A DNA stretch of 32,000 nt, from assembly GCF_000698785.1 (NCBI RefSeq), contig NZ_CP007536.1, positions 1,860,001 to 1,892,000 on the forward strand. The letters are read 5' to 3'. Numbering within the stretch: position 1 is the stretch's first letter; every line of letters begins with the position of its first letter. The notes beneath the pieces are model-generated. The model saw nothing but the letters and a program-made list of their open reading frames with translations, made no database searches and was not told where the DNA came from. A program made the translations under genes and the position numbers. This DNA comes from Nitrososphaera viennensis EN76 (GTDB lineage: Archaea; Thermoproteota; Nitrososphaeria; Nitrososphaerales; Nitrososphaeraceae). This document shows, in pieces, positions 26,260-32,000 of the stretch.

Positions 26260-26532
26260 ATGCCTTCCATGAGCAACGACGACAAGCAGCAGGATATTGA
26301 AAAGATGATCGGCCGCAGGGTCGAGAACATGAAGGGGATCTACATCCTTGGCTTTGCGCTGTGCTGGGCCGCGACCGCGGGCGGCGTTTACGTCGGGGTC
26401 ACCGTGTACCCGTGGGCATACCCGCTTCCGAGCGGGCTGTATGCATTATCAGTCCTGACAGTGATAGAGGCACTTGGGTTCTTTTTCATAATAAAGATAA
26501 CCGGAGAAAAACATCAGCAGCAGACAAGCTAG
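26260..26532 (+). CDS. Small 2-TM membrane protein (90 aa)
   Basis: Two hydrophobic helices (IYILGFALCWAATAGGVYVGVTVY and LYALSVLTVIEALGFFFII) follow a charged N-terminus. Its 3' end overlaps the convergent neighbour by 4 nt. Confidence 0.5.
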   Translation: MPSMSNDDKQQDIEKMIGRRVENMKGIYILGFALCWAATAGGVYVGVTVYPWAYPLPSGLYALSVLTVIEALGFFFIIKITGEKHQQQTS

Positions 26533-27290
26533 TTGTTCTGCTGCTGTTGCAGCGCGGGCTGGCGCAGCACGTACGCGTTTGCCGGCGCAAGCCGGTCCTG
26601 AAGGATTTTTGTTATCTGCTCGTATATCGCGTACGAGCCTACCATCGCCTGCAGCTTTTCCCGTTCTGACGCGGCGTTTGTCTCGATAACGACATAGTCG
26701 GACACCATCCTGAGGTTTATCTGGAACGAGCCGTCGTCGCTTGCCCACTGCAGGGTAAAGCCCGTGCCGCTTTCAATGAGCCCGACCCAGCGGAGGTTGC
26801 GGAACCACTTGCCTACAAGGGCGCGCACAATCTCTGCCGGCCTGATGTCCACGGGGATGTACGTCTGGAGCAGCTGCATGTACTCCCTGCCCTTTGGCAC
26901 TGCTATGACGCTCCTTCTTGTCCTTGCAGTTGCTGCTGCGGCAGCAGCTGTTGTCCCTCCAACCTTGCTCAGCCTGTAGCCTGCCTGCGCCCTTTCCACC
27001 AGGCCCATCTCTTCCAGTCTGTGGAGCGCCCTTGCGAGGCTCTGCTGGTGTATGTGGAGCTTGCGCATCATGCCCTTGAAAGAGTAGTTCGAGCCCTCTT
27101 CCTCGTTGAGGAGCGAAAGTATCTTGGTGTCGTTTCCGTGGAGGTCCTCTGCCGAGAATTCATTTTCGTTGTTCTGCACGAGAACCTGGGAATGCTTGCC
27201 GCTACTAGCGACGACCTCTCCCTTCTGGCTACTGCCTTCCTGCTCTAGCTTTTGTGCTATGGCGTCAGCGTCCTTTTCCACTTGTGACAT
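26529..27290 (-). CDS. wHTH-containing putative transcriptional regulator with an unknown C-terminal domain
   Basis: The wHTH reads YSFKGMMRKLHIHQQSLARALHRLEEMGLVERAQAGYRLSK. An Ala/Thr linker and a roughly 120-aa C-terminal domain follow. A TATA-like ATTTATAT (revcomp of about 27317-27326) lies about 30 nt upstream. Confidence 0.7.
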   Translation of the reverse strand: MSQVEKDADAIAQKLEQEGSSQKGEVVASSGKHSQVLVQNNENEFSAEDLHGNDTKILSLLNEEEGSNYSFKGMMRKLHIHQQSLARALHRLEEMGLVERAQAGYRLSKVGGTTAAAAAATARTRRSVIAVPKGREYMQLLQTYIPVDIRPAEIVRALVGKWFRNLRWVGLIESGTGFTLQWASDDGSFQINLRMVSDYVVIETNAASEREKLQAMVGSYAIYEQITKILQDRLAPANAYVLRQPALQQQQNN

Positions 27291-27415
27291 CTATAGAACA
27301 GATTGACGATATAAATGATAAAGTAGCCGGATTGCTAGCTGGTAAGTCGCGGAAAACTGCTTCTTTATAAAGAACCAGAGCAGGTCAGGTCAGACGGTAC
27401 AATGACATAATAAAA

Positions 27416-27568
27416 TCAGGTTTGTTGCCCCTCAATATCCTTCCCGTGTTCCTGGTTGTAATGGGACATGTACGCCGAGTCGCTGCTAAACGTCGCGTTG
27501 CATTTGCTGCAGACGACTGGTATGCCAGACCTGTCCCTGTCCTTTGGTATACTGCTATTGTCTTGCAT
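27416..27568 (-). CDS. Small classical C2H2 zinc-finger protein, 50 aa, not in the ORF track
   Basis: Own translation: MQDNSSIPKDRDRSGIPVVCSKCNATFSSDSAYMSHYNQEHGKDIEGQQT*. This gives C-x2-C-x12-H-x4-H with the conserved Phe. CTTTTAAT (revcomp of 27591-27598) is centred about 26 nt upstream. It replaces track ORF 27385..27582, which is in a different frame and Arg/Thr-rich. Confidence 0.6.
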   Translation of the reverse strand: MQDNSSIPKDRDRSGIPVVCSKCNATFSSDSAYMSHYNQEHGKDIEGQQT

Positions 27569-27610
27569 CGCGCGCTTTTCACAACAAAAAATTAAAAGAA
27601 TTACGTTATT

Positions 27611-27676
27611 GGTGCCTACCTGCTTTCCTATTAATGGATTTGAACCGGAAATTTAATGGGGCCAGCAGAGGCACCG
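27611..27676. other. Structured intergenic element: 7-bp + 4-bp closing stem around a roughly 40-nt interior
   Basis: GGTGCCT (27611-27617) pairs with AGGCACC (27669-27675). CTGC pairs with GCAG inside that, and an inner TTTCC/GGAAA stem is present. The minus strand contains the T-loop-like GGTTCAAATCC. Read on the minus strand, it is followed by a T-rich tract. Confidence 0.3.
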
Positions 27677-27715
27677 CGCCCGAAAAGGTCTAGGGCTTGC
27701 AATTTTGCCGTAATA

Positions 27716-27949
27716 TCAGTTGGGGATCTCGATGACGATCTTTCTGTCGTTCTTTGCCTGTTCTTCAAGTGTGTCCAAAACCAGCTGTATGGCTTCTGTC
27801 ATGTTGGCCTTCAGCTCTTCTATAGTCTCACCCTCGCTTATGGCTCCGGGCATCTCCACACACTGCCCCGTGTAGCCCCCCTCGGGTGCATTCTGCACCC
27901 TTATAGTGAACCTTCTGGAGCCGACGGTTTTCTTGACAGACATCTGCAC
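27716..27949 (-). CDS. hicB: HicB-family (UPF0150) antitoxin, short form without a DNA-binding domain
   Basis: The HicB fold pattern is typical: FTIRVQNAPEGGYTGQCVEMPGAISEGETIEELKANMTEAIQLVLDTLEE. The protein is only 77 aa and lies directly downstream of hicA. Confidence 0.85.
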   Translation of the reverse strand: MQMSVKKTVGSRRFTIRVQNAPEGGYTGQCVEMPGAISEGETIEELKANMTEAIQLVLDTLEEQAKNDRKIVIEIPN

Positions 27950-27984
27950 AAGATTATACTTGTATTCATTATAAAAGCATTGGA

Positions 27985-28200
27985 TCAGGCTTCCCGCAGG
28001 AACTCTTCGGTCGATATCTTTGCTTGGTCAAGTATGGACTTCAGGGTAGGTTCCTTGATGGGGTCGTGACGGGGCACTGTGGCGTATCTTCCGTCAGGGT
28101 GCATCAGGATGATGTGGCTGCCCCTCTGCCTCCTTACCACAAAACCGTGCTTGCGGAGAACCTTGAGGACCTCCCTGTATCCGTGGTTCCGCAGGCTCAT
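27985..28200 (-). CDS. hicA: HicA-family mRNA interferase toxin
   Basis: YREVLKVLRKHGFVVRRQRGSHIILMHPDGRYATVPRHDPIKEPTLKSILDQAKIS matches the YcfA/HicA pattern, including the GSH motif. A TATA-like ATTTTATAAT (revcomp of 28224-28233) lies about 28 nt upstream. Confidence 0.9.
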   Translation of the reverse strand: MSLRNHGYREVLKVLRKHGFVVRRQRGSHIILMHPDGRYATVPRHDPIKEPTLKSILDQAKISTEEFLREA

Positions 28201-28277
28201 CCGTTACACCCCCGTGATTCGAGATTATAAAATCCGCGCACGGATACCCTGAAGCGAAACTTGATAAATAATCACAC

Positions 28278-28291
28278 CCGAACTAGTTCGG
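28278..28291. promoter_or_regulatory. Perfect 14-nt palindrome CCGAACTAGTTCGG, candidate operator
   Basis: The sequence is self-complementary as read. It lies between a TATA-like ATAAATAAT (28264-28272) and the TTG start at 28295, in the hicA-divergent spacer. Confidence 0.4.
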
Positions 28292-28294
28292 ATA

Positions 28295-28555
28295 TTGAGA
28301 TACCGTATTGAGCTTGATACTGCCGTAGTATCAGTCTTGTTTCCAGAGAGGAAACTCCACTACCTTGACCTAAAGAGAAAAGCTGCACAGTTGTTGGAAA
28401 GGACCACTATACCTTCAGAGACGTTCAACATTCATGTAAAGAAACTAATCAACGACGGCATATTGAGAAAGGAAGACAGTGGCGGAAGAGGAAAACCCGT
28501 ATACTACTGGCTGACACCCCGTGCTATCAAAGAACATATACTCTGTCTATACTAG
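28295..28555 (+). CDS. Small wHTH protein, or the N-terminal part of a frameshifted larger gene
   Basis: TTG start. The wHTH and wing read HYLDLKRKAAQLLERTTIPSETFNIHVKKLINDGILRKEDSGGRGKPVYYWLTPRA. The region is AT-rich. Confidence 0.55.
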   Translation: MRYRIELDTAVVSVLFPERKLHYLDLKRKAAQLLERTTIPSETFNIHVKKLINDGILRKEDSGGRGKPVYYWLTPRAIKEHILCLY

Positions 28556-28584
28556 GCGGTCCGGAAAAGGAAAAGCTCAGGAAT

Positions 28585-29382
28585 TTGTACTATTTGTTAC
28601 TGTTCTATGAAACTAGGACAAGGTCTGAGGATATTCCAGAAGGCAAGCTGGACGAGTTCTTGGCATCGCTTCATAAAACGCGAGAGGATCTTGTTGTAGA
28701 TGAAAAGTCCATGAGGGCATATGATGAGGCGGCAATAGTCAAGACTATGAAGCTGACCCCATACATCCCAATCAATGGTGTGGAGATATGGCACATTAGG
28801 AGTTTCAATAAAGGACTTAGAAAATATGATGGCTTCAAGTATCGCCTTCCGGGTTTTTCAATAATGGAGTTTGTAAATCGCCGCAGATTTACATATGATT
28901 ATTTGGATTTTACCTTGGAAGAGGTAGAGAACTCATTCCGGAAATTGCAGAAGCTTGGTCTTATCGTAGAAAGCATGAAGTTCCGGGGCGAATCGCGTTT
29001 TGTAATCGCCGATGAACGTCTACGCGCGATGGTAAAGGAAATTGGGTTTATAGAACAGATTCAATGGAATAATATGCTCACTAGCTGGGATTATGTTAGG
29101 AGCCCCACTAACGAAGAAAGAGATTGGCTGAGAAAGTTTTACGGAAGGAACCAAGCCGACAAGCTGCTTGATGAAAAAGCTCTGAGCAGGAGGGAATTTC
29201 TTAAAAGAAAAGATGATGATATTTCTAAAGTCATCTTCAAGAAGCACATCAAAGAGCAGGAAAAAGAGATCAAGGATCGAATCAAAAAGTTAAAGGAAAC
29301 ATATGGCGATATACTGAACGAGTACGATTTTCTCCGTGAAATAATAAAAATCGTCTGCCCAAAGATATTTGAAGCAGCCTGA
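28585..29382 (+). CDS. Hypothetical protein, 265 aa, with a possible second wHTH and a K/E-rich C-terminal helix
   Basis: The track ORF begins at TTG 28585, and the first ATG is 42 codons further in. Its frame stays open upstream across the stop of 28295..28555. An internal wHTH-like stretch reads FTLEEVENSFRKLQKLGLIVESMKFRGESRFVIAD. A hand count of line 28801-28860 gives 22/60 GC. Confidence 0.55.
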   Translation: MYYLLLFYETRTRSEDIPEGKLDEFLASLHKTREDLVVDEKSMRAYDEAAIVKTMKLTPYIPINGVEIWHIRSFNKGLRKYDGFKYRLPGFSIMEFVNRRRFTYDYLDFTLEEVENSFRKLQKLGLIVESMKFRGESRFVIADERLRAMVKEIGFIEQIQWNNMLTSWDYVRSPTNEERDWLRKFYGRNQADKLLDEKALSRREFLKRKDDDISKVIFKKHIKEQEKEIKDRIKKLKETYGDILNEYDFLREIIKIVCPKIFEAA

Positions 29383-29484
29383 ATCCAAAAGGTAGAGCCC
29401 GCCGAACTTGAACAGCACGCTAAAGCTGTTTAGCTACTATTCAAGGTCCGGCAGATGTCAACGCTGCGAGTCATGCGGCCGTCA

Positions 29485-29799
29485 CTACATTACCTCGATC
29501 GAGTCCTCGCCAAAGCCCATCGAGACGAGCATGCTCTTGACTGTGTCCCTGTGGTCGCCCTGCAGTATTATCTGGCCGTCTTTGAACGTGCCGCCCGTCC
29601 CGATCCTTGTCTTTAGCTTTCTTGTGATCTCTGGCGCGTCCTTGCGGTCGTGCAGGCCCGAGATGACGGTGGTAGGTTTGTTCCATTTGCGGATGTCTTT
29701 TGATATTATTATCCGCGCCCGCTCCTTGTCAAGCTCTTTTACGAGCTCGTCCATAGAAAAATCGTCAGACACTGATTGTAATTCGTGCCCTTGACTCAA
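29485..29799 (-). CDS. Translation initiation factor aSUI1 (eIF1 family)
   Basis: The SUI1 core reads KPTTVISGLHDRKDAPEITRKLKTRIGTGGTFKDGQIILQGDHRDTVKSMLVSMGFGEDSIEV. Confidence 0.9.
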   Translation of the reverse strand: MSQGHELQSVSDDFSMDELVKELDKERARIIISKDIRKWNKPTTVISGLHDRKDAPEITRKLKTRIGTGGTFKDGQIILQGDHRDTVKSMLVSMGFGEDSIEVM

Positions 29800-29820
29800 A
29801 AACCTTTTTGAAAAAAGATG

Positions 29821-30762
29821 TCAGGAGGGGCGCTCGTCCACCTCCACGCCCACCTGGAACTGCCGCCCATAGCGGTTCACGGTCACCGCGATCCTGCTGC
29901 CAGGCTTTTTGCCCTTGACGTGCGACGCCACCTGCGACGGGTCGTCCACCGCGCTCCCGTCTATCTCCTCGATGATGTCGCCCCTCCTCAGCCCCGCGTC
30001 GTCTGCAGGGCTGTAGGGCTCCACTCCTGCGACCAGCGCGCCGGCAGAGCTTGGCGGAAGGCCAAAGTGCCGGGCAAGCTGCGGCGTCACCTTTACCGAC
30101 GCTATCCCGATCCACGGCCGGCTCACCCTGCCCTTTTCCACGAGCTCCTTCAGTATCGCCTTGGCGGTGTTGATGGGGACTGCAAAGCCGATCCCCTGCG
30201 CGTACGGCATGTTGGCGGTGTTTATCGCTATCACTTCGCCCTTGGTGTTGACAAGCGGCCCGCCCGAGTTGCCGGGGTTTATCGCAGCATCGGTCTGTAT
30301 CAGTTCAAGCACGCCCGTCCTTGCCTGTATGCTCCTCTTCAGCGAGCTGACGATGCCGGCGGTGACGGTCGGCCCGCCAGTCAGCCCAAATGGGTTGCCT
30401 ATCGCTATCACTATCTGGCCGGCCTTTAGAGCTGCCGAGTCGCCAAGCGGGGCCGCAGGCAGGGGACCATCTGACTCGACCTTTATCACCGCAAGGTCGG
30501 TCGCCTCGTCTGTCCCGACCACCTTGCCGCGGAGCACCTTGCCGTCTGCAAACGTCACCTTCAGCCGCTCTGCGTCGTCGATGACGTGGTTGTTGGTCAG
30601 GATGTAGCCCTGCTCGTCGATGACTACGCCCGAGCCGACTCCTTCTACTGGAAAGACGCGGAACAGCTGGTCGTGCATCATGCGCACGCTTGCAATGTTC
30701 ACGACGCTCTTGCTTACCTTGTCCACCGCGTTTACGAGTGTGTTTTCGTCAACTGGTATCAT
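29821..30762 (-). CDS. htrA: HtrA/DegP-family serine protease (trypsin-like domain + PDZ)
   Basis: The catalytic triad context is TNNHVI (His), DLAVIKV (Asp) and GNSGGPLV (Ser). The C-terminal PDZ includes GALVAGVEPYSPADDAGLRRGDIIEEIDG. There is no obvious signal peptide. Confidence 0.95.
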   Translation of the reverse strand: MIPVDENTLVNAVDKVSKSVVNIASVRMMHDQLFRVFPVEGVGSGVVIDEQGYILTNNHVIDDAERLKVTFADGKVLRGKVVGTDEATDLAVIKVESDGPLPAAPLGDSAALKAGQIVIAIGNPFGLTGGPTVTAGIVSSLKRSIQARTGVLELIQTDAAINPGNSGGPLVNTKGEVIAINTANMPYAQGIGFAVPINTAKAILKELVEKGRVSRPWIGIASVKVTPQLARHFGLPPSSAGALVAGVEPYSPADDAGLRRGDIIEEIDGSAVDDPSQVASHVKGKKPGSRIAVTVNRYGRQFQVGVEVDERPS

Positions 30763-30856
30763 ACTGCTGCTTCTACCACCTTGTTCCTCATGCAGTCTTA
30801 TTGTATAAAAGAGGCTAAATCGACCGGCTGTACAAAAACCCGGTCACATTTCTCTG

Positions 30857-31450
30857 CTAGCGGTAGCGCGCGGCAAACGTTTCGCTGTCGCTTCCTGCAA
30901 GGTCCTGCAGGAACTGGCCCCTGATCAGCCTGCCGTACGTGACAAGGTCGCGGCCCATCATGTTCAGCCTCTGCTCTATCCTCGGGTTTGACAGCTGGCC
31001 GGCGGAAAAGTCCTGCTCGCCGTTTATAGACACGCCGTAGGGCATGCTCCAGCCGTAGCACTGGCGCACAGCCGTGCGCATCTGGTCCATCACCGTCAGG
31101 CCCTTTTCGTGCGACGCGACGATATAGCCGAACACCTTGCCGGCAAACTCCTCGTAAAAATAGTCGAGGAAATTCTTTAGCGCGCCAGAGATCGAGCCGT
31201 GGAAGTCCGGAGACGCAAGTATGAACGCGTCGGCCCATTCCACGTCTGCCGCCACCTTGGCAAGCGCCGGCGACGAGCTCGCACCCGAAGAAGCGTACAT
31301 CGGGAGGTCTGCCTTGGCAAGTTCCAGCATGCGCACCTGCGCGCCGTGCTTCTTGGCGCTCTCTAGCGCCACCTTTAGCGCCCGCTTGCTGTACGAGCCC
31401 TCGCGCATGCTGCCCGCTACTCCGAGGATCTTAAGTTCATTTATTGACAT
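30857..31450 (-). CDS. NAD(P)H-dependent FMN reductase family oxidoreductase
   Basis: I prefer ATG 31450 (MSINELKILGVAGSMREGSYSKRAL...) over the track start at 31504. The family pattern is GSxRxxS plus ADAFILASPDFHGSISGALKNFLDY. The start overlaps the pirin 3' end by 14 nt. Confidence 0.85.
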   Translation of the reverse strand: MSINELKILGVAGSMREGSYSKRALKVALESAKKHGAQVRMLELAKADLPMYASSGASSSPALAKVAADVEWADAFILASPDFHGSISGALKNFLDYFYEEFAGKVFGYIVASHEKGLTVMDQMRTAVRQCYGWSMPYGVSINGEQDFSAGQLSNPRIEQRLNMMGRDLVTYGRLIRGQFLQDLAGSDSETFAARYR

Positions 31451-32000
31451 CGTATCTCCCCGGAAGGTCGACGAGTAAAATCTCTGCCGGCTGCTTGTTG
31501 TCATCAGCAGCCTTTATCAACACCTTGCTTTCGCCTTCAATCCTTGCGGCATCCTGTTTTTGCATCTTGTGGCCGTTTAAGGTAACAACGCCTCTGCCGT
31601 CGATGACAAAGACGTACGCCTTTCTATCCTGCGCAAGCACATGCTCCACCTGCTTGCCTGCGCCAAGCGACGACACGTGCATTGAGGCGTCCTGGTGTAT
31701 GTGCACCGCCCTGCCGGCGTTGTTTGCGCCTTCTGCGACCACTATCGGAAGCAGCCGGTCCCTGCGCTCGCTTGCGCCAAACTTTTGCTGCTCCCATGAC
31801 GGTTCAATGCCGCGCCTGTCTGCCTGCACCCACATCTGCAACAGCCTGAGCGGCTTTTCCTTCGAGTGGTTGTACTCCGAGTGCACGATGCCGGTGCCGG
31901 CAGTCATCCTCTGGATCTCGCCTGCAGAGATGACGCCGTGGTTTCCCTTGTCATCGCGGTGCTCCAGCTCGCCATCGATGACATAGGTGACTATCTCCAT
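31437..32000 (-). CDS. Pirin-family cupin protein, N-terminus beyond the window edge
   Basis: EIVTYVIDGELEHRDDKGNHGVISAGEIQRMTAGTGIVHSEYN is the conserved pirin cupin core. The frame is open to position 32000, so the apparent Met is internal. Confidence 0.9.
   Translation of the reverse strand: MEIVTYVIDGELEHRDDKGNHGVISAGEIQRMTAGTGIVHSEYNHSKEKPLRLLQMWVQADRRGIEPSWEQQKFGASERRDRLLPIVVAEGANNAGRAVHIHQDASMHVSSLGAGKQVEHVLAQDRKAYVFVIDGRGVVTLNGHKMQKQDAARIEGESKVLIKAADDNKQPAEILLVDLPGRYDVNK

Noticed and set aside
27385-27582. 65-aa minus-strand track ORF
   Set aside because: It is Arg/Thr-rich and featureless. A different frame on the same strand gives a textbook C2H2 finger with a correctly spaced TATA box, so I called that ORF (27416..27568) instead.
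27611-27676. Possible tRNA or split-tRNA half (7-bp acceptor-like stem, UUCAAAU heptamer)
   Set aside because: It is only 66 nt. The T-loop-like heptamer has no flanking complementary stem, and no D or anticodon arms can be drawn on either strand. I kept it only as an unexplained hairpin.
1-32000. Searched by eye for CRISPR repeats, rRNA, integrase/transposase genes, terminal inverted repeats around the AT-rich patches, and C/D-box sRNAs in spacers
   Set aside because: No regularly spaced repeats, no recombinase-like ORFs and no convincing C (RUGAUGA) / D (CUGA) box pairs in intergenic regions were found. Mobility of the AT-rich patches is therefore unsupported from this window alone.

Overview
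This looks like an archaeal chromosomal segment. XPB-Bax1, a 20S proteasome beta/alpha pair, aSUI1, an intron-containing tRNA without encoded CCA, and TATA-like boxes about 25-30 nt upstream of many ATGs all point that way. With the Amt ammonium transporter and the moderately high GC, I infer (not prove) a soil-type ammonia-oxidising thaumarchaeon (Nitrososphaerales-like). Gene order, left to right: partial CDS; MarR plus a divergent membrane protein; a GC-rich full-length Ada; an IMPase-family phosphatase; a two-gene operon of large unknowns (3813-6785); an AT-rich patch holding an unannotated 58-aa Cys4 ORF and an HExxH protein next to tRNA-Asp(GUC), which carries a D-loop intron; bax1-xpb; amt flanked by two paralogous unknown wHTH-like proteins; secreted, PepSY, wHTH and membrane genes; a translationally coupled hsdM-hsdS-hsdR-DUF45 type I RM operon; HxlR; proteasome beta-alpha; small membrane and wHTH genes; an unannotated 50-aa C2H2 zinc finger; hicAB; an AT-rich wHTH plus 265-aa module; aSUI1; HtrA; FMN reductase; partial pirin. 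No CRISPR array, rRNA, integrase or transposase was seen. The best candidates for something undescribed are: (i) the paralog pair bracketing amt; (ii) the 3813-6785 operon; (iii) the AT-rich module beside hicAB; (iv) the two short zinc-binding ORFs missed by the 60-aa ORF cut-off. All product calls come from motif recognition by eye, with no database search.
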